Source of the DNA: Patellaria atrata CBS 101060
Lineage: Eukaryota
Direction: 5' to 3'
Assembly: GCA_010093705.1 (NCBI GenBank)
Contig: MU006093.1
Coordinates: 127,785-191,784 of the forward strand
DNA length: 64,000 nucleotides
The notes under the pieces are model-generated. The model was not told the DNA's origin, made no database searches, and worked only from the letters and a program-made list of their open reading frames with translations. The translations under genes and the position numbers were made by a program. Shown here in pieces: positions 51,671-64,000 of this stretch; position 1 is the stretch's first letter; every line of letters starts with the position of its first letter.

Positions 51671-54289
51671 ATGGCGCGAACCAAGCCTTTAGCAACTGGT
51701 CCCGCGGATTTTGCGAAGGTGGATGCGGACACAAGGCGTATCAAGAAGGCGCTCGATGCACCTCTACCTTTGGGGCCAAATGTTGAAATGACACCTAAAC
51801 AACTGCCCCAGATGTTTGCTCAATATGAAGCAAAGTCAGTAAAGGAACGCGGACGTCTTATGAATGTCATCGACTTCAACCTACAGATTCAAAAGGAAGA
51901 GCACTGTTGCCGGGAATTCCTTGCTCTCAGGTCGTTATATAAGAAATGGGATGAAGAATTGATGAAGGCATTGGTCGATAAGTCAAATGTGTGGATTAAT
52001 GTTGGACTCCTCCCGACGAAACGGGAGTACTACGCTTTGAAAGGTCTTGAGTTGGACCGATATCCCGAGCAGAAGTTGGAGCGAAAGGAGTCGAGGTCTC
52101 CACTGTCTGCTGTCAAGCATGTCAATCAAATCATGTCTACACCTAAGAAACAATGCCTTGACTCTAGCTCGATTCAGCGTAATGCTCGGGCATATAACAT
52201 AACACCATTTCGCGTTGGAGGTAAGTATTCCCATAAATTAGAACCACCATCTCAGTTATCCATACAATTCATGAACAACTTGACTGAGGAATGTTTATTA
52301 GAATCTGGGCAAGATGTCACTAGCCCGTTAAGCAGCCTGACTGAAGCAGATAATGGTAACGTCGATCGTACCAATGAGCGCTTTCAGGATGCTACTCCAA
52401 GGGTTTCGGGAGCCTTTCGGGGAACTTCTACGAACATTCAGTCTAGTGGTGTTTCTCTACCAAACCAAATGGAACACACTGGCGATACAACTGAGGATGA
52501 AAGCGATCGCACTGGATGTACGACCGAAGAAGAAGATCTTACTGCTCTTCCTGTTCCCTGGAGCCCTGCCACTCATTCCTATCTTTTTTCCCGCACTCCT
52601 CTTCAGTATAAGGGCGCGTCTGATTCGTTTGATGAGCCTGCGGATGGTGAAGACGATGGTGACGGCTCCGCCAAGTCGTTTCCACAATTCGACGGGGCAT
52701 ATGACGATCCTCGCAACGTTAGGAATAACCGCCCCGTTCCGACTAGCTCCCATAATATTCCCCACAAAGTCGTGGAAAGGAAAGCAGCCCCAAATGCGCG
52801 TACTGTGTCGTCCTCCCTCCAACCACAGGGGTCAATAGCATCACAGTTCGCTAGCATTAATGTGGTTCGTGGCCCTGAGGAGGCCCATACCAGAGATGAT
52901 ATAGTTGAGTCCCAGGGAGATGGAGATGATGAAGACCACGGAAGTGAAGAAGAATCTGTGGAGATCGAGGATTATACAGTGACAGGACCAAATCTTGAGC
53001 CGCTCTCTAGTCCTACATATACGAAGTTCGTTCTTGGCCGCTATGTCAATGGTTTCGATCAAGCCAAAAAGCTCACTATTACCCTTTACCACAAGAATCC
53101 CTCCTCTCCTCATTACGAATCGGTCCATAAAACGCAGTATATGAGCCGGAAGGGTGACCAGAGACTAACCTGGTTTAAGCCTGAAAACATCGATTGGGAT
53201 GATCGGAAGATGATTGCAAAGTTGAATCAGTGGCAGTGCCAGATCTACAAGCGTGCGCGAGGAGGTAATGGCAACAACAAGCGGACGTACCTACCGATCG
53301 AGCGCGAGTTCATATCCGCGGAGCGTGCGAAAGATATCCCTTGGAAGGATATCACACAAAAGTTCAACAAGCGATTCGCGGGATCTATCGTTGAGGGTGA
53401 CAAACATCCTCGTCCTAAGCGCACTCTTCATTCTGTACGAACGGATGGCTTACGTCGAGCTCTTGTAAGTTCAAAAGCAGTCGAAGGTGTTGCCGAAAAC
53501 CATCCTCCTCCTAAGAGGGGCCGAAGGATCAAACCCCGCGGTAGCATTGATACAGTCGGTGAAAGTAGTAGCGGTGGTAGTAAAGGAGACGGCAATGATA
53601 GAGTCGGGACAGAAGCATTGCTACACAATGATATCCCGATGCCCGATGCCGACGATACAGGCTTCGGTGCCATAGTGAAGTGCCGCAAACCGCAAACATT
53701 TGTTGAAGTCGAGCCGGCATCTCCGGAAGATAAGGCTACGACCAACCCATCCGCGAAGGCCCCCGGTAAGCGTCCTTTCTCCGCCATCGACGAAATCGTG
53801 CAAGGGGCTGCTCCTGCACCAAAACGTGCCCGTCGTGCAGAAATCTCACAACCAAAGCATAGCTTCCAGGATTTCGTCCAGAAATCAATTGAAACATTCG
53901 ACACGATGCAGAAGGAACACAACTTTCCATCCGGCGACTTCGCCCAATATCGCCCCCACCAGCGCGCTCGTAGCGCTACCGCAGCTTTTCTCCCTTGGAA
54001 AGGCCCCCGTCGCCCAGCACCTCGTCCAACTAGGAATACTCTCCCCGGCGGATACTCTATCGACCTCGCCACCCAGATCATCGTGAAGAGTGTGAAGCAC
54101 CGTGTCTTGCATGGACGTGTGGTCAACCCTCGTCGCTGCGAGGAGAAAGACGGTGATGAGATTTTGCCAGGACAGCCCCTGAGCGCGTTGGAGTGGGCTG
54201 CGTACGAGGAGATCTTAGAAGGGGTCGGACAGGATGCATTAGAGGGGGCACCTGAGGATGGAGAGATTGAAGTGGAGTGGACGGGTTAG
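51671..54289 (+). CDS. Large intronless hypothetical protein with a probable Myb/SANT-like helical domain
   Basis: Uninterrupted ORF of about 870 codons from ATG 51671. Segments IDWDDRKMIAKLNQWQCQIY and YLPIEREFI...IPWKDITQKFNKRFAG...RPKRTLHSVR resemble fungal Myb-like domains; basic NLS-like motifs present. Confidence 0.7.
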   Translation: MARTKPLATGPADFAKVDADTRRIKKALDAPLPLGPNVEMTPKQLPQMFAQYEAKSVKERGRLMNVIDFNLQIQKEEHCCREFLALRSLYKKWDEELMKALVDKSNVWINVGLLPTKREYYALKGLELDRYPEQKLERKESRSPLSAVKHVNQIMSTPKKQCLDSSSIQRNARAYNITPFRVGGKYSHKLEPPSQLSIQFMNNLTEECLLESGQDVTSPLSSLTEADNGNVDRTNERFQDATPRVSGAFRGTSTNIQSSGVSLPNQMEHTGDTTEDESDRTGCTTEEEDLTALPVPWSPATHSYLFSRTPLQYKGASDSFDEPADGEDDGDGSAKSFPQFDGAYDDPRNVRNNRPVPTSSHNIPHKVVERKAAPNARTVSSSLQPQGSIASQFASINVVRGPEEAHTRDDIVESQGDGDDEDHGSEEESVEIEDYTVTGPNLEPLSSPTYTKFVLGRYVNGFDQAKKLTITLYHKNPSSPHYESVHKTQYMSRKGDQRLTWFKPENIDWDDRKMIAKLNQWQCQIYKRARGGNGNNKRTYLPIEREFISAERAKDIPWKDITQKFNKRFAGSIVEGDKHPRPKRTLHSVRTDGLRRALVSSKAVEGVAENHPPPKRGRRIKPRGSIDTVGESSSGGSKGDGNDRVGTEALLHNDIPMPDADDTGFGAIVKCRKPQTFVEVEPASPEDKATTNPSAKAPGKRPFSAIDEIVQGAAPAPKRARRAEISQPKHSFQDFVQKSIETFDTMQKEHNFPSGDFAQYRPHQRARSATAAFLPWKGPRRPAPRPTRNTLPGGYSIDLATQIIVKSVKHRVLHGRVVNPRRCEEKDGDEILPGQPLSALEWAAYEEILEGVGQDALEGAPEDGEIEVEWTG

Positions 54290-55028
54290 TGAATGCTTAG
54301 ATCTGATCTTTGGAGTTTGATTATCTTTCTCTACTTTCCATGTTGAGGATACTGTTTTGTATCAATCTCTCTTTGGTCTTTGGGCTTCTATATGGTATAT
54401 GGCTGTACTATAACCGCGAAATGCATGTTTTCTTTGTCTCTAATCCCCTTGAGCTACACTTTGGGGGTTTCAGTTATTTGATTCCTGTTCTGTAAAGAGT
54501 ATTTGGGTAATTATGGGGTTCTACATTTTCATTTGACTCGTTTAGATACATAAGATGCTAGACCAATAACAGTCCTCTTTTTATTTATAAATTAAGACCA
54601 GTCCTTCCCATACGAGTCATTACCTTATGCGCCAGGGAGGGAGCGAACCTTAATCATTGTACCTCATGGGCCTCTGCAAACTTCTCCAACGAAAAGGTAC
54701 AAGTAGTTCGAAATCCCATTAACATAACGCGTTCTGAGTTCACTACCTCATATTCTACGTTTCGATAGTATGTATAAGGTTTAGAAATTAAGAGCACAGT
54801 ACATTTATAGATCTAGCTCTGAACATTCCTATCCTTCTACTGACCCACATCCCTTGTCCATACACTGTACCAACGATAGAAGAGGACTCTAGACTCTGCG
54901 GCTTGACTAAACACATTCTGACTTAACGAACTACATGCAATACCACTCTAGTAGACATTCAGCAAACGTGCAGCTGCTCAAGAGTGCCAAAAAAAAAGAA
55001 CAGTTGAAGACGAAGCTATCTCTATGAT

Positions 55029-57006
55029 CTACTCATTCACCACCCTCAATCTTCCCCCTGGACTTCTTTCTCCCTGCTGCTCCGGATGACGGCCCTGACT
55101 CATCTGCTCTACCTTCGTTAAAATATTGCTCAACCTCCCCTGTCGCTCTCTATGGTGGAAACTTTCCCCAAACCTTGCATTCTCAATCTCTTGTCTTCCT
55201 CTAGCAATGACCTCTTCGTTTTTGGACTGCAACGCGGTATTCTTACTATCCCAGCGGCGATCGATGGATTGATTAAAGGTTCCACGGAGTGTCTCGCCAG
55301 CTCCCTATGAAACCGGTCAGCTACTGTTACTTCAGGGGAATTTTTGAAACTTACATGAAGGCCAGCAGCTGCTGCTTTCAGGTTCTGAAGCGTTGCTCCA
55401 GTGCTTCGTAGGGGTCGACCTTCTTGATCCGTCCCGACGACTGCATTTTGGCCTGTCGGAGGAATACGACCAGGGTAAGAGAAGTTCTGCCGCGTCGGGC
55501 TGTCCTGATAAGTTTGATAGTTCTCAGGAATCGGTGGAATCGGTGGAACACCCGATCCTTGAGGATGATGCGATGAAGAGGGACTATAGTTTTTGCTTGA
55601 TGTGTTTAAGGGAGCTGGTGCTAGACTTGGGTCGTCTGGATTATAGGCGGAATAAGTCTGTTGTTGGGGAGGCCCGTAGGATGCATTACTCGGTGCCGCT
55701 CCAGATGGAGCTGCTTCGTAAGTTTGGCGCTGGGGGTATTGATTACGCTCTTCTTGTTGAGGCCCGGGCGCAAATGTAGGTCGAATAGGACTGCGATTTC
55801 CCGGTTCGCGCATCATACTTTTCGAGGGTATTGGAGGTCCATCCGTCGGACGGTTTTCTTCTCTACTACGAACAGGCCGGAGGTCCGAATGTTGCTGTTG
55901 CTGAGGATTGGGCGAAGGTTGCCGGTAGATATCCCCCGTTCGGCCATCTCCTTCGGTATATGTCGCATTTCGTGAGTCTGGACCCTCATTCTTTGGATAC
56001 TGAATTGTATGCGTTCCCCCAGGACCTGTCACCGTGGTTGTAGTGGTTGCTAATATATAGGGTTAGATTTTGGCGTAATTCTATTTCGCTTTTTCTCAAT
56101 GGGGAACGTACTTGTTGTTGTTACCGTGGTAACGGTTGTTCCAGTGCTGTTATCATAATGACTTTCTCGAGTTACTGGGTTTTGCGTCGAGCTAGCCACG
56201 TTTGACGGTCGAAGATGATCGCGACTATCCTGATAACTAATGGTACTGGGTTGGAATGACGCCCTATTCTGACTGTTATCGCTCCCTGTCAAACTATTGG
56301 TTCCTTGCGTATAAGTATCCGTGCCACTCGGTTCACTACCTCCATACGCCGAATCTCTGTCTTGAGGTTTCAAGGTGTTTTGGTTTCCCGCTGTTGTAGA
56401 GGTCGAAATTTGACCCCTTTCTTTTTCCTTTTCCTTTTCCTCTTTAGAGTCTTTAGAGTGGAAGGGGTTCGATAGCCTGAATTTTGACTTCTTCTCCTTG
56501 CTAGGTTTTGCTGAATCGTCTGGCATTGCGGTAGGTTTCAGTTTAGGGGACTTCTGAAGCTTTCCACCAGATGCTTTTCGTCTCAGATCAGGATTCTCGG
56601 TATCTGAAGGAGGCATAGAATGTGAATAGGTATCAGATCGTGATAATGAGGGTCTTCGGCGTTCCTCGGGTGTCTTGTCAGACCAGGAGACTCGTCGCTT
56701 CGGTGATGAACTAGGTCGTCTTAGTTTGATTGGAGTATTCGAATACCTGAGAGGAGGTCTTTTCGGGCTTGATCCAGTCGCAATCTGAGAGGTAGTAGAG
56801 GTGATGGGCTGTTGAGGACCTTCAATCGCTGAATTCTCAAAAGTTTCGTACTCCTGCTGGGGTGGGTATGGCAATGGCTTTTCTGGAGGAAGGTAAGCTG
56901 TCTCTTTCGTAGGAGGCGTCGGAGAAGTGATATCAAGGGTTGGTAATCTTTCTGACGAAGGAACTGGTTTGCGCTTCACGGTAAATGGACTTTGAGGATT
57001 ATTCAT
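55029..57006 (-). CDS. Ser/Pro/Gln-rich hypothetical protein with a short helical C-terminal domain; 3 exons
   Basis: Introns 56050-56111 (GTACGT..TAG) and 55305-55354 (GTAAGT..GCTGAC..TAG) join three ORFs. C-terminus reads LKAAAAGLHGAGETLRGTFNQSID...NEEVIARGRQEIE. Confidence 0.8.
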
Positions 57007-58349
57007 GGCATAATAGCTTTAGATGTAAAGCAATAAATTCAGCAGTGAATTACAATGGAAAGCACTTTGTACAGTACTGTAGAGAGAAGAAAAGTAGCAG
57101 CAATTTTCTTGTAGTTGTTAATGCATAATGACAGCACTGGACTTCTTAGATTCCCCTCATTCCCGTCTTGCGATCGACAGCAGATGAAATCAAGTCAAGA
57201 CAAGGAAACCTACCGTAAAAGGGGATGATATCATAATGGCGGTGCATAGTAAATTGTGGCTCAATAGCTGTGGCTGAACGGTCTCAACATCGACTAACTA
57301 CGTTAAGGTTAGGTTTGAGCGTTACCTTTTTGGGCTTAGAATAGTGCGTATTTGATTGGGCTTAGTTCAAGAACGCGCTAGGTCAGGTTCCTAGCTCGTG
57401 ACCAATCAGGAGCATTCCATCTGTTACTTCTTCCAGCCAATCAAGTGACTAGCTTTCCAACCACAACGGCAGGATATTGAACTCCGAGTAACGAGCAGGA
57501 GAAATGAAGAGAATAACTGTTGAGATGTACTCAAAATTCGTCCCCAATGATACGTATCATCTCGGATCTGTGTGGTAACAATATCTCCGCGTTATTTAAA
57601 CATCAATCCCAACAGAGGCGACAGTGTTGTGTTTATATCAATACGACTGGCTTGGAACAGCTCATGTTCTGCCCATGTCAGACATGAAGGTAGTCTTTTA
57701 GAGGGAGTAGTTTTAAGTATACTTTATTCCACGCTTCTACCGCAAGCCCTTCGTTTAGAAGAAGGAGAAGACTACCACTGTCCCTGGCAACTGACGCGCG
57801 ACGCAAGTAACTGGTATCGAGGAGCATGTTGAGACATATCCTCGATGATATTCTATCTCTATTTCTTTGCTGTTGCGAGGGTATAATTTCAAAATGCACC
57901 CAGATCATCAAAGTGTCTCTATCTTATCACTGTGCGAAATGAAAGAAAAATTCAATCTTTCATTGTATGAGTAGGTATCTGCCTACCTGAAAAAAATATA
58001 ACCGCTCCTGACGTACTCAGCTTATAATTAGAATCTACGGTTATAGTTTTCTCGAGTCCTTGAGCGAGGAGTAACTGGGTTTGTCATGTGGTACCTCCGC
58101 CGCACACGCGCCTACACAGACAGTTAACATTCACTGAAGACTTAGTATTCCGCCTCGTACATTAATTCTCCTGATAAGAATCTGAAACAGTAACTTTCCT
58201 TGGTTTTCAGCCCTCCTACTTCTACATTCGTAAACCCTACAACTAATCTTCCCACCTTAGAACTTACACAACGCTTCGACGACGTCCGACACCACCTCTT
58301 CGATCCCTTACAACAATAAGGACAACACAATCTTCAACCTCCAAATATT

Positions 58350-60985
58350 ATGGCCGAGAATATTTGACGTACATTGGCGATACACAATATAGTTACTATC
58401 CTCCACAACTTAACTTGCAATCCAAACTACCATTTCGGTCAATTGTAAGTGTTATCTTTGATATAGAAGGGCATACACACCCTATCCCGCGAATCCCAGA
58501 TAACGTCTGCATTTCTTCCTAAGCTCAATGCTAAAATATAGACTTTCGACGCAATGAGCGTCAAACAATTGAACCAAGGTGCACCAGCTATCCTCCTTCG
58601 CTCCGACCTCCCCGCATGTATGGAAATCCTCAAATTGGATTCTAACTTCAGCGTTGCTATCGTTGAAGATAGCGAGTTGAACTATGTCTTATGTTCAAGC
58701 AAGTTTGTTTACAAGACTTTTGGTGCCGATTTTGCCGTCAAGATCAATGAGAAGCTCGACAACTCTAAGAAAGAGAAAGAAGCTGTTGATATGATGTACC
58801 TTGATCCCGAAGAAGTTAATAAAATCCTCACGTACATTAATTCTCCAAGTCTATTGCTCGACGATCGTTGCTGGAGTGAACTAGGTTTGCTAAAGTTCAC
58901 CACTGCTGAAAACACAGAGAGCACATTCGCGAAGTTCATGGACTATGCATTCAAGGATATTGGAACCACCATTGAACGCGAATATATCTTCGATCCTGCC
59001 CATTATTCAACCATACAACAGTGCAGTTCGTCTCAGAACTATGGCACAACTCCTGATCCTGGAGAATCTTCTAACGACGTCCTGGATTGGGTCAAAGAAG
59101 TGTTAGAATACACCAGATATGAGACCCCAAAGAGTTCCACTACTAGCATCGACGCCCCTACTACATGTTATAAGCCAGACACTACCAAGGTGTCCCTGGT
59201 CAAGGACGCTCCAGGGATCAAGAACCGAAAACTGTCTCCTATTAGTTCATCCCACGATCGCTCTTTCCTGAGAAGCAAGACCTCTTCCATCACACTTCGG
59301 ATAGGGTGACTGTTCCCCCTGACATGGACACTATACTGAACCCCATCACAAAAGGGAAGCAGAAATCCTCTCATACTCATCCTGAGAAGGTAAATAATCT
59401 TCCAAAATCACCCTATTTCGAATCATCCATCAACACTACCGATTCAGGAAGCCCAGTCGACAAGGAACGCGATGCACTTATGAAGGCTCTGGAAGAAGAG
59501 GAGCCAGATATAGGATCACGTGGAGATATTATCAATGATCCTAAGCTTTGGGTACACTTTGTGGCAGATTATAACAGAAAGACAGACAAGAACAGAATCA
59601 AATTTAAGCAGCCGCAGCACTCACAGAATCAAATATCGTTACTAGTAGCCGTCAAGATGTTGGTCACGATCAGACCGTCAATATTGTCACCACCGAGGAC
59701 GTTCAGGTTGTCCAACCCTACCCAATCCGACCAGGTTACAAAGGGTCAGCTATGAACCTATACCATGATTCCGAAGATCAATTCGATGATGCTGCAAGTG
59801 ACTATAGTGAAAGTTCCAGCGCTTCCGAGACCCCCGACTAAGACCCAGGGCAACTCGACAGGCGGTGGCCGAATCTTCCTAACATAGTTTATGAAATGAT
59901 GACTAAAGAGGAATGAGAGGAAAGAGAAAGCAAAGATTCATTGGAAGAGGCCAGATTGAGGTTGGGCCAGGCAATTAGCGGCTTCAACGCAGTAACGAAG
60001 AGTTTCAATAGCAAGACCCGTCATAGCCACCAGCCCGATCTATTCAAATATACGCCTAAAATTGACATTCATGCTGAGAAGACTGCCGATTTCAACGTTG
60101 CTATCCACATGTCCCTCGCATATCTCTTGAGGGACTATTGCCATACAGATAACGAAATGAAATACATTGCCACATATATGACTGCCTTGAGAGATACTCG
60201 ACCAGAATGGGCAAAGGAGGCAAACCGAATCGGTGAACTTATGAGGTCAACTCAATCGGCAGATGATTATCTTGATGATCATCTCCTCCAGATCTGTGGC
60301 CTTCACCGTGAAATAGAATTGCTCAAATGTATCCTAGGGGACCATGATATCTTCAGTAAGCACCGTGTGGCCGATGTGCTCAGGCATCTTTATTCAAAAC
60401 TTCGACCTGAGACGCTCCGCAAACGGGTTTCTAGCGGCATGGCACTGAAGCAGATGTTCACGGAATTTAGAATGCGGGTTACCATTGATAGGATTGACGC
60501 TTTGTACTCATCCTGCTTGCGGACGGTGAAGATCGCCCAAGCGGAGGGGTTATGTGGTCTGGTTTCGACGATCGACTTAGATGTTGCTACCCTCACGATT
60601 GACATAGTAAGATGGTCCGAATCCTTTTACTTCATGAAAAGAATGGAAGGCAGAGTTACAATTGGTTAAAGAGCTCGAGGATGGTATGATTAAATTTTAT
60701 GATGTTACTCTTCTGCAATATTCAGAATCGGAACCGTCTGAGGAAGGAAAAGGCCAACCTTCTGGGAAGTTCAAAGAGATTTGGGATGAGTTGCATGAAT
60801 ATATTTGCAAATTTGCAAGGTAAGTTTCTAATCCCACCCAGCCTGAAGAGAATACTGAGGTTCAAATAGAGAATTGTATAAGAGTGGGATTTTCTAGTCA
60901 AAGTTGATCATAGGATTACGAAGGAATGTATTGAAATCATTAAACTTGGAACATGGGAGTCATTCAGAGTCCAAAGCGGAATGAA
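58350..60985 (+). pseudogene. Large fragmented gene of unknown family
   Basis: Consecutive ORFs 58554-59309, 59306-59755 and 59941-60669 are linked by frameshifts and in-frame stops (TAA 59839, TGA 59914). Splice signals are retained near 58445, 60684-60725 and 60820-60870. Confidence 0.6.
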
Positions 60986-61657
60986 GGTCTGGTGAAATTG
61001 CCTGTTGCGGTATTACATCCAAAGAGCCAGCAAATTAGGTCATTTTCTGTTCGGTGAGAGTTAGACAAGCAGTTAAGGGTTCGAGCTGGATGGAGTTAGG
61101 GAGTTGCGGAAAGGAATCATTTAGGCCAAATTGAAACTACTAGATCGATTTAGCGGTTGGGATTCTATCTCCTACTATTTGCGCTATTGTAGTCTAAGTG
61201 TCCGTCTTAGTTTCGATTTACCTACCTTAATTCACATTAGTATCAATCCAATCATTTGAAGAGGTTTCCTCGTCTATTCTTCTAAGGGGATGAGAATATT
61301 CCGTTATGCTAAGTAATTGTCGCGTGGATATCTTCTATCTGGAAAATAATAATAATACCCAACAAGAATTCGCAACACAGCTTTCCGGAAAATTCAACGA
61401 GACGGTTAAAAAGACTCGCCGGATCACCATTTGTTTGTTTATAGGTGAAGGGTTTAATTGGGCCGTGTTGTTAACTACTCGTCGATGCGTGACTCTCAAT
61501 CTCTCACCTAACAGTATCAGAACATACCACTCCTACAACTTCAACCTACTTTCTACAACTGACTTCCTTCATAAATCCGTGCGTCTGGTTCAGCTCTCAT
61601 CCAAGCTATGCTAATGTAAACAGGTTACAGCGATAGGAGCACATCAAGTCTTACGAC

Positions 61658-62293
61658 ATGCGAACTTTCGATACTCTTCCCGGAGAGGTTCGAAACAGAA
61701 TTTACTCCTACTGTGAGGGTGTAGACCCTGACGACGCCTCATACCCTGAACATTCACCCGTCGACATTATCGGTTCAAAGCCCGGTCCTCTTGGCCAAGT
61801 CAACTCACAACTCCGGAAAGAATACCTCTCATTCTACTATAACCATCGCACTTTCGTCGTTCCACTCATGATGGGCGAAGAGATTGGAGGTAGTTACGAA
61901 ATCTTTCGTGACTGGCTAGTCAAATCGGTGCGACCCTACGCAGGTTCTGTGCGTCATGTCAAATTCACGCTGTGGAGTCCCATGAGCCCTCACCGAGAGG
62001 AAAGCATGGTCGATTCTTAGAAGGGAATAGTCACGTACTGGCGGGAATGCAGCGAAGATGCTGGTTTGTCAATCTTTCCACATGGTTTGGGGACCGCAAT
62101 GAAGTCTGGGGATCAAGAACCAGATGCCGCGATGGTCGAAGTCATGAAGGAGCTTGAGGGAAAGAGGGCGAAAGGGATACTGACTTACAGAGCCTAGTTA
62201 GACGAGCTGAATATCTTTGCGGCTTTAATGTTTGTCTACTGGTCTAGAATAGTCGGGGGTTGGAGATTAGGAATTGTCTAGCGCAGAGCTTAA
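61658..62293 (+). pseudogene. F-box-like (LPGEVRNRIY) gene interrupted by in-frame TAG codons
   Basis: N-terminal FDTLPGEVRNRIYSY and LGQVNSQLRKEYLSFYY motifs. The frame continues protein-like past TAG 62018 and TAG 62195 to TAG 62279 / TAA 62291. Confidence 0.6.
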
Positions 62294-64000
62294 AGACACA
62301 AAAATCATGTTACTGTACTACGTGAAATTCTAGTAGTTCAAAATATGAAGGAATGCACAGTTTAGAAAGTGCCGACACAATCGAGACAACGACTTTTGCG
62401 CATTGTACCAGTACTATTCAGACTTGAAAATCATGGGATGATCTTCGATGAGGTTGAGAGACAGCATAGAAGACTTGCAGAGATATCTACCAGATATAAC
62501 CTTCAGTAAAAGACCAGCATAGAATTCAAATTTAGAGATAACTCAATATTTCCGCCGTCAATTTTGAAACAAGCGAAACACTTGAAAAGTTAGCGTGAAT
62601 TCCCTGAAAGACAGAACGATCTCATCGGGATAAACTCCGTCACCGCCATGTTAGGTAAACATCAAGCTCCATTTCCGCAAGTATCGTCAATAAGGCTGGT
62701 TCTACCTTAGGCTCCGTTCCACGGCAGTTACACTGGTCCGATTCCTCCAGTCTCTTCATCCTCGGGTGGGGAGGGAGTCGAAGGAGTCTTGAATCCTCGA
62801 GTGTTGGCCGACGGGGTTTACATCCACGAGGTCTTACCATCATTAAGGGGCCGTTGGCACATCTTTAAGAGCCAGCTATTTACCCGCCGTTAATAACATA
62901 AGGCTGACTTTCCACAAGTGCCTACATAAAAGTCTCCAAGCGCCGACGGGCAAGAAGGTTTAGCAGCACTATACGGCATCGCCGGCGTGTAGTCCCACGA
63001 AGTCCTCAAACCTGCGACATGGGAGCGACGATGATCATGATAAGGGTTCATCCAGCAGCAAACCTGGAAGGCTGAAAGTTGAAAGTCGAAACAAGGTTGC
63101 AGTGACGACGCCACTAAGAACTTAGTTCTATTCGCTTGAAGCGGGCAGATCAGCGCCAGGAGCACCCGCACGCAATGACCAGCTTACAAGGGTAAATGAT
63201 ATCGTGAGTATCTGTAGAAAAAGCGTGGGACTCCTAGCAGATGCATAGATATGGAGTGGGAGATGGGGGCTATATATAAACACATATACGCTTTGTTATC
63301 ATGCTACCTTAACTTGTCAAGTGGGCTTACCTTACCGCCCCACCCTACTACGTATGGGCTGGCAGATAGGTACCGATACTCCGTTCTACCTCACATAAGG
63401 GGAAGATCAGGGAGAGCACCCAATAATAGAGGGTGGAACCATGAAATCGGAGACCATTACATTGTTTCCACGTGGGATGGCCGAGTAGTGTGTCATCGAT
63501 GCGATCGGATGGGGGGAAGGGAGGGGATTTGGGGTTGATGAGGTGGGACTTAGATTAGTTCTAGCTGAGCTAACTGCATCATTGCTTACTGGACAAGGGG
63601 AATCATAGTCGAGACAAGCTACCACGACATATGTTACCAGTGAGTCAGCACAAATGAGGAGCTCAGGAATTGAAGGATCTCAAGAATTGAAGGATCGAGC
63701 GAGTATTAGATTAGACACAATGGATGGCGCTTTCGTAAGATGGATAAGTAATAAAGTGTCATTGCGTAACCCAAAAAGTGCGTATCGATATCTGGTCCGA
63801 AGTGGGATCACGAACCTCATAGTACCATAAACACCTCCACGCTGCACCCCACCATGTGAAGATATCCCTAGATCATCAATGCTAACTCCATGCCGGGGAC
63901 TCCTAAGGAGAAAGAATTGTCTAAGAGAGTTGATCTGTGAGATTCTCAACCCCGTCTAGTAGCCACTGTGCAGCGGATGAAATGAATCTGACCACCTTTT

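Noticed and set aside
34100..62293. Alternative genetic code as the explanation for in-frame stops
   Set aside because: Conserved genes have no internal stops and end in TAA, TAG and TGA normally; several relics also carry frameshifts.
63470..63540. GGGATGGCCGAGTAG resembling a tRNA 5' end / A-box
   Set aside because: No T-loop (GTTCRA) and no matching acceptor stem downstream.
62640..63949. Short ORFs at the window end as possible transposon remnants
   Set aside because: No transposase, RT, integrase, LTR or terminal inverted repeat recognised.

Overview
Eukaryotic genomic DNA from a filamentous ascomycete (Pezizomycotina-type): short GT-AG introns with CTRAC-like branch sites and intact conserved genes. 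In order these are the 3' end of DNA topoisomerase II, an Xbp1-like APSES transcription factor, a Cys-type glutathione S-transferase, an Sds3-family Rpd3L subunit, an SDR, bleomycin hydrolase (peptidase C1B), a four-helix membrane protein, an AMID/AIFM2-like flavoprotein, a bZIP-like factor, RAVE subunit Rav1, PRMT3/Rmt3, a Gyp5-like Rab-GAP and a Ser/Pro-rich protein. Between the conserved blocks lie stretches of orphan genes and decayed genes (about 1.2-5.9 kb, 34-44 kb, 58-62.3 kb). I found no tRNA, rRNA, CRISPR array or recognisable transposase/RT. The most notable observations are: an F-box-like gene broken only by in-frame TAG codons at Trp-like positions (RIP versus A-to-I stop-codon editing); a SreA/Sre1-type iron-repression motif in front of the AMID-like gene; a dense GTAC cluster; a 9-bp-phased array of forkhead-type sites; and an orphan AT-hook gene built by exon duplication. 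I could not demonstrate a complete new multi-gene system. All family calls come from motif recognition by eye, not from database searches.
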